Shown piece by piece: positions 19,166-27,896 of a stretch of 64,000 bases of DNA (the stretch's first letter is position 1; every line of letters begins with the position of its first letter). Under the pieces are notes generated by a model that worked only from the letters and a program-made list of their open reading frames with translations, had not been told where the DNA came from and ran no database searches. The position numbers were made by a program, and so were the translations under genes. Source of the stretch: Bacteroidota bacterium (GTDB lineage: Bacteria > Bacteroidota > Ignavibacteria > UBA10030); NCBI GenBank assembly GCA_035559595.1, contig DATMBF010000005.1, positions 100,905 to 164,904 of the forward strand, in the 5' to 3' direction.

Positions 19166-19399
19166 CGAAGGGTTGGGCTAACGTACGAGATTGTTGGGTT
19201 GCCCGCAAGAGTTGGCTGACTCCTCATGCGAAGGCCCCCCGGCCGAAGGAATCACAAGCGGCGGAAGGCCTTTGAGAAACCGCATTTCTATCCAGAGGAC
19301 TTCTCAAAAACAGCTAATCCGAAAAGGTCCCCCCCTGACGGCGATCGCCGAGGATCCCATCTGAGACACGATGTTAGTTTTTGAGAACACTCCGAAGTT

Positions 19400-20089
19400 T
19401 CATTGAATCGAAATCAACTCAACCTCGAAGATCAATGTTGAATTCGGGGGAATCACCTGTCCAGCACCCCGTTCGCCAAAGCCCAGTTCAGCAGGAATGA
19501 ATATCTGCCATTTTGAGCCAACCGGCATCAATTGCAAGGCCTCTGACCAGCCCGGGATAACACTGTTGACTTCAAAAGTCGCCGGCGAACCTTTCTTGTA
19601 CGAGTTATCAAACTCGATCCCGTCAATGAACGTCCCCTTGTAATGGACCGTGACGGTTTGCGTTGCCGTTGGCTTCTTTCCCTTTCCTGCAACGATAATC
19701 TTGTATTGCAATCCGCTCGGTAATGTGACAATTCCTTGTTTCTTCTTGTTCTCCGCAAGAAAAGCATCTCCGTCTTTCTTGTTCTTCTCACCCATGGTAC
19801 GAATGGACTCGTCTCGTTTTGCCGCGAGTTCCTGTTGCAGCGAAACGAGCAAAGCATGCGCGGTCTCATCGGAGATCATCTGTGTTGAATCCTCCAAAAA
19901 ATCTCTGAACGCCTGCCCGAGAACCGCTGCGTCGACGTCAAAACCCTGTTGCTTCAGGGTCTTGGCAATGTCGAGACCGAGACTGTAGCTAAGGCTATCT
20001 TTCCGTGTTTTAAGTTCGGTCTTGTTTTGAGTTTGGGTTTGACAGGCAAAGAGGAGAGTGCAGAATACTGCACCAACAATGGCTTTCAT
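19400..20089 (-). CDS. FKBP-type peptidyl-prolyl cis-trans isomerase lipoprotein (FkpA/FklB-like)
   Basis: C-terminal FKBP domain 'VTVHYKGTFIDGIEFDNSYKKGSPATFEVNSVIPGWSEALQLMPVGSKW...PPNSTLIFEVELISI'. The start was chosen at MKAIVGAVFCTLLFAC (lipobox), 6 nt from an AAAGGG RBS. The ORF track start at 20170 would run across a terminator hairpin. Confidence 0.8.
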   Translation of the reverse strand: MKAIVGAVFCTLLFACQTQTQNKTELKTRKDSLSYSLGLDIAKTLKQQGFDVDAAVLGQAFRDFLEDSTQMISDETAHALLVSLQQELAAKRDESIRTMGEKNKKDGDAFLAENKKKQGIVTLPSGLQYKIIVAGKGKKPTATQTVTVHYKGTFIDGIEFDNSYKKGSPATFEVNSVIPGWSEALQLMPVGSKWQIFIPAELGFGERGAGQVIPPNSTLIFEVELISIQ

Positions 20090-20103
20090 GTGCATCCCTT
20101 TTT

Positions 20104-20140
20104 GAAAATGAAAAACCGAGCCGGGCCCTTCCCGACTCGG
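20104..20140 (-). terminator. Rho-independent terminator downstream of the DUF2238 gene and upstream of the FKBP gene
   Basis: On the minus strand, CCGAGTCGGG-AAGGG-CCCGGCTCGG (10-bp stem, one mismatch) is followed by TTTTT. Confidence 0.5.
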
Positions 20141-20187
20141 TTGATTCAAAGTACTTCTATTTCTGCTCAAATCAAAGGACGGACAAC

Positions 20188-20883
20188 CTATGCAGCCGGT
20201 CCGAAGGGAGTCGAATACTCCGGAACATGCGGTTTCTTCCGAAGCGTTCGAACCACTCCCGTTGCTACCATGCAGAGGATGGCTCCCAATGCTGCGAGGG
20301 CCATATCTTTCTGAGCGTCCCAGATATCTCCTTGGGTCCCCAGATATGCATCTCCTGCTTCCGGACTGACGATGACCGCAACGATCATCTCAATGACTTC
20401 ATAACCGCCGCTGAACGCAAGGGTCACATCAAAAGGAAGATAATAAGCGAAGAATCCTTTCGTGCGGGCTACTCGAAGGAAGATCTCACGAATCGGATAA
20501 GCCATCAGAAGGCCAAAGCTGAAGTGGACGACTCGATCGAAATGATTCCGATCAAAGCCGAACCAATCCTGCATCCAGAATCCGATCGGTGTTTCGGCGT
20601 AGGTGTAGTGTGCTCCGATAGCGTGGAGGGTCATGAAGATTGTGATCAGGGTGTACGAAAGATCGGAGAGAGGGAATTGACGGTACGTGAGGATGAGTGC
20701 AGGGAGGAAGAGAATCACCAAGATATTCTCCAGCATCCAATCGATTGGATAGACGGGATTGATTGCAGTGACAATCCAGACCAACACATAGAGGACGAGC
20801 AGAACTTGCTGCAGTCGGTTCTGACGAAAGTTTGCCGTGATGCGCATGGTGGAAGTCGTAAACATCTGATGATCCTCGTGCAA
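20188..20883 (-). CDS. DUF2238 (YjdF-like) inner membrane protein
   Basis: A 231-aa polytopic membrane protein. 'HFSFGLLMAYPIREI' and 'YYLPFDVTLAFSGGYEVIEMIVAVIVSPEAGDAYLGTQGDIWDAQKDM' resemble the YjdF family. Confidence 0.5.
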   Translation of the reverse strand: MHEDHQMFTTSTMRITANFRQNRLQQVLLVLYVLVWIVTAINPVYPIDWMLENILVILFLPALILTYRQFPLSDLSYTLITIFMTLHAIGAHYTYAETPIGFWMQDWFGFDRNHFDRVVHFSFGLLMAYPIREIFLRVARTKGFFAYYLPFDVTLAFSGGYEVIEMIVAVIVSPEAGDAYLGTQGDIWDAQKDMALAALGAILCMVATGVVRTLRKKPHVPEYSTPFGPAA

Positions 20884-20966
20884 AAAATTGTTTGTTTTGT
20901 TATTTTGAAAGAGCCAATCTAATGATCGGCGTGGAGTGAATCAACTTAATCTGAGGAGGAGCATGT

Positions 20967-21527
20967 ATGGCCGTCGAATCGATAGAGATCCCATTAAAAA
21001 CCAAGATGCCGTCGTTCGAGCTACCTGACCCGGATGGAACAATGTATCGTGGAAAAGATCTGTACGGTCCAAAAGGATTGCTGGTCATCTTCTCGTGCAA
21101 CCATTGTCCGTACGCGCGAGCCGTTTGGCCTCGGACAATCAAGCTTGCGTCCTACGCCAAAGGGCTTGGCATCAACACCGTGGCGATCAACCCGAACATT
21201 CATCCGGACTATCCGGAGGACAGGCCGGAAGTAATGAAACAGAAGATTAAGGAATGGGGGATTCCGTTTCCGTATCTCGTAGATGAGTCACAGCAGATTG
21301 CTGCCGCTTTCAAAGCCCAGTGCACGCCAGATATCTACCTGTTCAATAGCAATCAAGAGCTTGTCTATCACGGCAGGGTGGATGATAACTGGCAGGATGA
21401 GGCGAAGGTTACCCGCGAGGAGCTGAAGGATGCAATCACGAGTCTCGCACAGGGGAAACCGATACCGGAACAGCAATATCCCTCTCTTGGCTGTTCAATT
21501 AAATGGAGAGAGAATCCGTATACCTAA
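20967..21527 (+). CDS. Thioredoxin-fold protein (redoxin/AhpC-TSA-like) with CXXC
   Basis: 'LLVIFSCNHCPYA' is a CXXC active site set in a thioredoxin-fold context, and it sits in a 'VAINPN' TlpA/redoxin-like layout. Confidence 0.6.
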   Translation: MAVESIEIPLKTKMPSFELPDPDGTMYRGKDLYGPKGLLVIFSCNHCPYARAVWPRTIKLASYAKGLGINTVAINPNIHPDYPEDRPEVMKQKIKEWGIPFPYLVDESQQIAAAFKAQCTPDIYLFNSNQELVYHGRVDDNWQDEAKVTREELKDAITSLAQGKPIPEQQYPSLGCSIKWRENPYT

Positions 21528-21570
21528 GGAAAAGGGAAGGTGAGATGTGATAGGCGAACGATGATGGGGT

Positions 21571-23247
21571 TTAACGAAGCCTCTCGAGTGCCCTCAGTTT
21601 TTCTTCAGCTCGCCGCTTATATTCGAGCGTGGCTGTGTGTTGCGGATCGATCAGAAGGACTTTGTTCCACTCATCGAGTGCCGCTTTATACTCTTCTTTG
21701 ATGTAGAGCTGAACTCCAGCTCTGAAGATTTTGTCGATCTCAGTTTTTAGTGCTTCTCGCGCACGCTCGAGGTACGTCCTGGCATCACGATGTTTCTCGT
21801 CCCGCTGTAACACTTCGACCATTGTGTTTACAGCAACCCAATAATTCGATTCATCGAAGGCGGCTTTTCCACGCTCAAAGATTTCTTGCACTCTCTTCCC
21901 CCGCACGCTTTCGAGACCCTTTCGCGCGTCGGCATTGCGAGGCTCCATGGCGAGCACTCGCTCGAACTCTCTTTGTGCTTCGTCCAGCTGGTTGCGGCTC
22001 AACAGCGTGCGTGCGCGATTCAAGATCGTCTGGACGTTCTCCTTCATCATTCCCTCTAATTCGGTAAGCTTTACCATGATGCTATCATTCAGAGGGTCGA
22101 GTTCAAGCACCTGCTCATACGAACGCCGCGCACGCTCGAAATCTCGCCGCGCTCGAAGACTGTCACCAACCGAGAGCAGCCTTCGCACATTCGATTCGAG
22201 AATTGGTCTAACTGCCTCCAGCCGCTTTTCAACCTCGGAGTGATTCGGTTGCATTTTCAGAATTGTCTGATATCGTTTGATTGCCTCAACATAGTTCTTT
22301 CGTTCTTCAAGTTTCGATGCTTCGTCAAACAGGGCAGAAACGTTACTATCGAGCTCCGCTTGCGTTTGTTCAATCATTGCATGCGCATTGTGAAAATATT
22401 CATCGTACTCGAGAGCCAGAATGAATTGGTCACGGGCGTCCGACAGCCGTTTTTCTTCATATGCTTCCATCGCTGCTTCAAAATGCTTTGAACGTAAGTC
22501 TTTTGCAGCTTCGCTGAATCTGAAACTTACCGAGAAGACAATGCCGGCTTTGCCGGCCGCGAGCTCAAGTTTCGCAAAGTTGGATTGAAGACTGACCCCA
22601 CCGCGGATTTCCTTAAATGCACGAGATCCAACTTGGAGGCCCAACCAATCTGCAGCCAAGAGTTCGGAACCGACAACGAGTTCACCCCGCTCTGCTTTTT
22701 GCCATCCCGCCTGAACTCTCCAAGTGTCACGCAGGAGCCAAAACCCGACACCTGCTTGCAAACCCATCGGCGAACCGAAAGGCTGCTTCGGCAGATCGTT
22801 GACACTCACGCCGAAATGAAAGCCGGAATTCGCAGAAACGGAGTCCGGAAAATGGAGTGCAGATCCGACCGAGAAAGAAAACGTTTCCTTCGCATTTCGA
22901 AAAAGGTTCAGCACCGCTCCGATCGTGTGTACGTCGCCGATAAGTCCGCCATAGCCGACGGTGTATTGTGTTGCTTGACCGAGTTGCGCAATTCCGGCCC
23001 CAAACGTACCTACAAAGGGGAAAAAATGCGCAGCACTCATAGAAGAGAAATTTGAAAAGCGATTTGTACTGAGGAGAAACTCCGATTGATGGAGGCGAGC
23101 CATCTCAGCCGGATTAGAAAACAAGGCTGACGGACGGGGGAGCCACATACTTGAACTTCCGCCAAGTGCATAATCGTTACCCCCTGTTGTTTGTGCAGCG
23201 AGAGGAGAAATAATGAAAACAAGAAGAAGGTGGGGGAGGTATTTCAT
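21571..23247 (-). CDS. Secreted protein with an N-terminal beta-rich (possibly PorP/SprF-like barrel) domain and C-terminal TPR repeats
   Basis: A signal peptide and 250 aa or so of alternating-hydrophobic beta-like sequence containing an 'FSNPAEMARL' (NPA) motif. The rest is TPR-like repeats (e.g. 'YEQVLELDPLNDSIMVKL'). The gene overlaps the upstream cyclase gene by 4 nt. Confidence 0.55.
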   Translation of the reverse strand: MKYLPHLLLVFIISPLAAQTTGGNDYALGGSSSMWLPRPSALFSNPAEMARLHQSEFLLSTNRFSNFSSMSAAHFFPFVGTFGAGIAQLGQATQYTVGYGGLIGDVHTIGAVLNLFRNAKETFSFSVGSALHFPDSVSANSGFHFGVSVNDLPKQPFGSPMGLQAGVGFWLLRDTWRVQAGWQKAERGELVVGSELLAADWLGLQVGSRAFKEIRGGVSLQSNFAKLELAAGKAGIVFSVSFRFSEAAKDLRSKHFEAAMEAYEEKRLSDARDQFILALEYDEYFHNAHAMIEQTQAELDSNVSALFDEASKLEERKNYVEAIKRYQTILKMQPNHSEVEKRLEAVRPILESNVRRLLSVGDSLRARRDFERARRSYEQVLELDPLNDSIMVKLTELEGMMKENVQTILNRARTLLSRNQLDEAQREFERVLAMEPRNADARKGLESVRGKRVQEIFERGKAAFDESNYWVAVNTMVEVLQRDEKHRDARTYLERAREALKTEIDKIFRAGVQLYIKEEYKAALDEWNKVLLIDPQHTATLEYKRRAEEKLRALERLR

Positions 23248-24869
23248 TCTACTGGTGCGTAATCAATGCGGTGGACGGGGACTCGCTCCTGTTTTCCTTT
23301 GATAGCGACCTTCCCTTCCGATCGTGTCTTGTAATTGCCGTTGAGTCTCGCAACGACGGTATCGCCAACGAGAATCTGGTCAGCCTCTGCGATGGCGCAC
23401 AATCGAGCAGCGAGATTGACCGTATCACCGATGGCGGTGTAGTCCATTCTGTCTTGTGACCCGATGCTTCCCATCACGGCTACTCCTGTCGCAATACCGA
23501 TGCCAACCTTGAGTGTTATGTCGCCGCTGGCCCCCCGTTCCTTGTTGAGTTTTGCCACCGCACATTGGATGTCCACTGCCGCCTTAACGGCCTGCTGCAC
23601 CATCTTCTCGCCTGTGAAGATGCTCATAATCCCGTCGCCCAAGAATTTATCAACTACTCCGCCGTTCTGATGAATGATGGTTGTTTGCAGGTCGAGGTAG
23701 TGGTTCAACACGACGACAACCTCTTCAGGCCACTTACTTTCGGAAACAGAAGTGAAGTTTCGGATGTCTGTGAACATGGCGGTAATGACTCGCCGGCTTC
23801 CGCCCAATGTCACCTCTTTTCCCTGGGCGATCATTTGAGCTGTCGCTCTGGAAACAAACTTCTGCATCTCCGTCTTTTCCCGAATCTGCAAGACCATCAT
23901 GTTGAATTCATGGGCGAGGCTGCCTAACTCGTCTTTGACACGAGTGGCTACCGAGACTTTGAGGTCTCCCATCCCCACACGTCTTGCAGCATCGGCAAGA
24001 ACGATAATGATATGGACGGCCTTCTTCGAGAAGATCGCCACGAGAGCAATTACAATTATAGAGACAATCGAGGCCGTGAGAATGATAGTGTTTTTGAGCT
24101 CTTCGATTGGAGCAAGCAGGATGGCTTTCGAAAAGCCAACGGAAGCGGCCCCAATAAGGATCTGCTTGGTTTCATTTCCCTCTCTCTTTGACACAGTAAC
24201 CGCCTTGATAAATCTGAACGACTCGGGAGACTCGATCGCCCGTGCAGAATCAGTCCTTGCAAGGAGGTCCCACTCCGCCAACGAAATCAGCTTGTTCATG
24301 CTGTCAGGTACCACATGTGCAACAATCGTTCCCGTCCGATCGACGACGAACAAATGATCGAGCCCCGGAATGTTCTGCTTGGTGATATTCTTCACGTAGT
24401 CCTGCAAGACGATGTAAGAGCCCAGGAGAAGATTATCCTCGGCGACAGCGGCAAGACTCTGCACGATGTTCGTGCCCAACACTTGTGTTTGTACGCGAAG
24501 CTCCCGCTCCTGGATCTGCAGCGCAATGGTGCTAATGATGATCGTAACCACAATTACTGAACCGCCGACGATGAGGCTCAGCTTAATCCGAATCTTTAAT
24601 CGGAGGAAGGTCTCAACAGCATAACCCCACGCGGCCTGGAGGTTCTCTTTGATCGTGCGAGCAATGCGCCGAATAGCAGGTCTGGCTTTCGTTGTCTGTT
24701 GTTGAACGGAGTCCTGAAGAAGGAGCGTGAGTCGCGTGATTTCTTTCCCGAAACGTTTGGCGAGTGGTATGGTGTGATGAAACGCCTCTTCAACGTACTG
24801 TCGCGCGGCCGCGATCAGTTTCGACGCTGATGCGAGGATCCGTTTCGGGTCAAAGGAAGGAGTGGACAT
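23244..24869 (-). CDS. Membrane-anchored class III adenylate/guanylate cyclase with HAMP domain
   Basis: TM segments, a HAMP-like linker, then CYCc motifs 'VTAMFTDIRNFTSVSE', 'VDKFLGDGIMSIF' and 'GIATGVAVMGSIGS...DYTAIGDTVNLAARL'. Confidence 0.8.
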   Translation of the reverse strand: MSTPSFDPKRILASASKLIAAARQYVEEAFHHTIPLAKRFGKEITRLTLLLQDSVQQQTTKARPAIRRIARTIKENLQAAWGYAVETFLRLKIRIKLSLIVGGSVIVVTIIISTIALQIQERELRVQTQVLGTNIVQSLAAVAEDNLLLGSYIVLQDYVKNITKQNIPGLDHLFVVDRTGTIVAHVVPDSMNKLISLAEWDLLARTDSARAIESPESFRFIKAVTVSKREGNETKQILIGAASVGFSKAILLAPIEELKNTIILTASIVSIIVIALVAIFSKKAVHIIIVLADAARRVGMGDLKVSVATRVKDELGSLAHEFNMMVLQIREKTEMQKFVSRATAQMIAQGKEVTLGGSRRVITAMFTDIRNFTSVSESKWPEEVVVVLNHYLDLQTTIIHQNGGVVDKFLGDGIMSIFTGEKMVQQAVKAAVDIQCAVAKLNKERGASGDITLKVGIGIATGVAVMGSIGSQDRMDYTAIGDTVNLAARLCAIAEADQILVGDTVVARLNGNYKTRSEGKVAIKGKQERVPVHRIDYAPVE

Positions 24870-24955
24870 CGGTCTCCCTGCAATCCATCAAAGAAGCTTT
24901 TGAAGGCCACACACTCTACGAGATAAAAGTGAAAAAAGCAATGCAAGCCGAAAGC

Positions 24956-25480
24956 CTAGATTCCCTGCATGCGCTTCAAGAGTTGGATTTGTCCTGCATG
25001 GTAAATGTCGTGTGCGGCAATCCCATAGATCAGTCTTGCAACCGTATGTTTGCTGCCGGGTGACTTTCGGTAAAGATCGCGCGGCTTTAACGCTGTGATT
25101 GCACGTCGAAGGCTGCGATGCATGTTGTCCACTAAGTGCAGATGTTCAGCCCACAGCCGTTCGGCGGATTTATCGATGGTCCGCGGACTGTAGCTGACAG
25201 GGAACCAGTTGCTTCCTTTCACTGGAAACGAGCCACGGTTCTCGTTCGTCAGTCTTCTTCTCACCGCATACTTCCAATAGGCTGTGTGAATCGCTATCTC
25301 CCAGATGCTGTGACGTTTTGGCGATGGTCTCCAGCTCGCTTGCCGAGCGGTTAATCCTCTGAGGGAGCCCTTCAGGTTTGGTCCGTGCCAGGCCTGTTTC
25401 TCATACGCCTCCTCAATCAATCGCAGAAGCAGGTGAAGCTCGTTCCGATTCTTCATCACAGAATCGCTCATCCTTTCCAT
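24956..25480 (-). CDS. DinB/YfiT-like superfamily protein (DUF664/DinB_2-type four-helix bundle)
   Basis: 'WHGPNL...IWEIAIHTAYWKY' and a C-terminal 'AAHDIYHAGQIQLL' give the His triad of DinB-like metalloenzymes. It overlaps the 3' end of bshB1 by 13 bp and is likely co-transcribed with it. Confidence 0.55.
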   Translation of the reverse strand: MERMSDSVMKNRNELHLLLRLIEEAYEKQAWHGPNLKGSLRGLTARQASWRPSPKRHSIWEIAIHTAYWKYAVRRRLTNENRGSFPVKGSNWFPVSYSPRTIDKSAERLWAEHLHLVDNMHRSLRRAITALKPRDLYRKSPGSKHTVARLIYGIAAHDIYHAGQIQLLKRMQGI

Positions 25481-26196
25481 TGGACGAGGTGGAAGAGATC
25501 ACTCACGCCAAGTGGGAAGAGTGAGTAGAACGGTTCGCCATACTGAACTCCAATCCTCCGTCCGTAGTACCGTGCCCGGTTCTCTACTGAGTCAAGAAAA
25601 TCGGGACGGCTCAAAACGGTTTCGGGATCTTTGCTCTCTGGATCGTGAAATTGAGAGCGATGTGCCCGTATGGCATTCATCTTTACATCCATCACATCGC
25701 TAATGTCCACAATGAATGTTGGAGTCACTTGATGCCATTGCATATATTCATAGTACCGGTCGGGACGGTAGGCGTGTTGAGTCTGACCGTTGAGTGTTGT
25801 TCGAATCTTTTGAAGTCCGGCGTAGAACCACGACTCTTTGCACAGGAGATGTGCTCGTCCGTGGTCTGGATGCCGGTCGACTGAATAAGGGATCAGCATC
25901 ACCTTCGGCTGAAGCTCCCGGATGAGCTGGATCAATTTCAAACGATTGTCTTGATTGACCTCAATGTTGCCATCAGGGATCTTCAAATTCCTTCGAGTGA
26001 CGGCTCCGAGAATCTTTGCCGCTTCCTCTGCCTCTTTCTGTCGCATCTCCTTTGTCCCACGTGTTCCAAGTTCTCCCTCAGTGATATCGATGAGTGCAAT
26101 CGAACGACCGAGCTTCTTGAGTTTTGCGAGAGTTCCGCCACAGGAGAGTTCGATATCATCCGGATGTGCACCAAGTGCGAGAATATCAACGGACAT
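25468..26196 (-). CDS. bshB1: PIG-L/LmbE family N-acetylglucosaminyl-malate deacetylase (bacillithiol biosynthesis BshB1-like)
   Basis: 'ILALGAHPDDIELSCGGTLAKL' is the PIG-L motif, and 'HPDH' lies downstream. The start was chosen at MSVDILAL, which has a GGAG RBS. Confidence 0.7.
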   Translation of the reverse strand: MSVDILALGAHPDDIELSCGGTLAKLKKLGRSIALIDITEGELGTRGTKEMRQKEAEEAAKILGAVTRRNLKIPDGNIEVNQDNRLKLIQLIRELQPKVMLIPYSVDRHPDHGRAHLLCKESWFYAGLQKIRTTLNGQTQHAYRPDRYYEYMQWHQVTPTFIVDISDVMDVKMNAIRAHRSQFHDPESKDPETVLSRPDFLDSVENRARYYGRRIGVQYGEPFYSLFPLGVSDLFHLVQWKG

Positions 26197-26459
26197 AGTT
26201 GGGACTCCAGGTTGATCGGCTGGCAATATAGCGAGCACAAACCTGAAAGACAAGAAACTGATCATGGTAATCCCGCAAATCTTGAATGACGTGATGGACC
26301 GCGTTTCGATGTTGTTTGGAGATCGACTCCCTAAGGGCTAAATATCGTGAAGTTCTGTGTCGGAAGTAACGGAACAGAAGGAATTCTGCTTGAATATCGT
26401 CCACCAACTGGCTACCTTGAGGAACACGTCAACGCAAATAGTCAAAGAAAGTTTCGACG

Positions 26460-27656
26460 ATGGACCAACGAGGGAGGAAGATTCTCAGCGTCAGTGAGTT
26501 GACCCAGCTCATCAAGTATTCACTGGAGAATGCTTTTCCGCATGTGTGGTTGCAAGGGGAGATCTCCAACGCCAAGCTTCACACATCGGGCCATTTCTAT
26601 TTTACCCTGAAAGACGAGAAGTCTCAAATATCTGCCGTCATGTGGCGATCCAACCTCACCACCCTTCCTTTTGTGCCGGAGGATGGAATGAAAGTGTTGG
26701 CACTTGGGTCGATCACGGTGTATCCTCCCCGTGGAAACTATCAGATAGATGTCGTTGAGCTTCAGCCCGTTGGCATCGGTGAACTTCAACTCGCTTTTGA
26801 TCGCCTCAAAAGGAAACTCGCTGCTGAAGGATTGTTCGACGCGGCCCACAAGAAGCCTCTGCCGGAGTTCCCGGAGCGGATTGGCATCATTACATCGCTC
26901 ACCGGCGCGGCATTGCAAGATATTCGTACCGTTCTTCAAAAGCGATTTCCGGCTGTTGAGGTCGTTGTGTCCCCGGTTCGAGTGCAAGGTTTCGGCGCGG
27001 CTGAGGAGATCGCCCAAGCCATTGAGGAGATGAATCGATTTGGAGAGGTCGATGTGCTGATTGTTGGACGCGGCGGCGGGTCGCTCGAAGATCTCTGGGC
27101 ATTCAACGAAGAACGCGTCGCGCGGGCAATCTATGCCTCGAGGATTCCCGTGGTGAGCGCAGTAGGGCATGAAATTGATTTCAGCATCTCCGACTTTGTG
27201 GCGGATTTGAGGGCCCCAACCCCCTCGGCAGCAGCAGCGATGGTCGTGCGAGACCGCAGAGAACTCCTTGAAGTTCTCTCGAACATTTCCTATACTATGC
27301 GGCAAGCCATTGCAGATCGGATTCAACACCTGCGCGATCGGATTCGCCACGCCGTGGGGAGCTATTCCTTCAATCGACCCAGAGACCTTGCAAGAGAATA
27401 CGCTCAGCGACTCGATGAGCTGGGGCGCGGCTTAGTGAGCGCAATGAATCACCGCTATGCAATGAAGAAACACGAGAGCGCCGCACTCCATCATAGACTT
27501 GAAGGATTGAGCCCGCTCCGCGTACTGCATCGGGGTTATGCCATCGTGAGGAAGAACGGAGCAGTCGTGGCACGGGCAAGCGATCTCAAACAAGGGGATC
27601 AAACCAAATTGCAGTTTTACGATGGAACCGTAGGGGCACGCATAGACGAAGAATGA
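26460..27656 (+). CDS. xseA: Exodeoxyribonuclease VII large subunit
   Basis: N-terminal OB-fold 'LSVSELTQLIKYSLENAFPHVWLQGEISNAKLHTSGHFYFTLKDE' and the catalytic region 'VGHEIDFSISDFVADLRAPTPSAAAA'. Confidence 0.85.
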   Translation: MDQRGRKILSVSELTQLIKYSLENAFPHVWLQGEISNAKLHTSGHFYFTLKDEKSQISAVMWRSNLTTLPFVPEDGMKVLALGSITVYPPRGNYQIDVVELQPVGIGELQLAFDRLKRKLAAEGLFDAAHKKPLPEFPERIGIITSLTGAALQDIRTVLQKRFPAVEVVVSPVRVQGFGAAEEIAQAIEEMNRFGEVDVLIVGRGGGSLEDLWAFNEERVARAIYASRIPVVSAVGHEIDFSISDFVADLRAPTPSAAAAMVVRDRRELLEVLSNISYTMRQAIADRIQHLRDRIRHAVGSYSFNRPRDLAREYAQRLDELGRGLVSAMNHRYAMKKHESAALHHRLEGLSPLRVLHRGYAIVRKNGAVVARASDLKQGDQTKLQFYDGTVGARIDEE

Positions 27657-27892
27657 GTGCAAAGAAGAATCCGAAGCAAACCTTCGAAGAGTCCTTGAAG
27701 CGGCTCGAGAAGATTGTCGAAATTCTTGAACAGGGTGAGATTTCGCTCGATGAGGCGATTGAGCTTTATGAGGAGGGAATCGAGCTTTCGAAGTTCTGCG
27801 GCGAAAAACTGAAAACGGTCGAGTTAAAACTGAAGAAACTTTCCAAGAACCTCAACGGCGAGTTTGAGATTACCGACTTAGAAACGGAATAA
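27653..27892 (+). CDS. xseB: Exodeoxyribonuclease VII small subunit
   Basis: A 79-aa protein, 'FEESLKRLEKIVEILEQGEISLDEAIELYEEG', overlapping the xseA stop. Confidence 0.8.
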   Translation: MSAKKNPKQTFEESLKRLEKIVEILEQGEISLDEAIELYEEGIELSKFCGEKLKTVELKLKKLSKNLNGEFEITDLETE

Positions 27893-27896
27893 CAAC

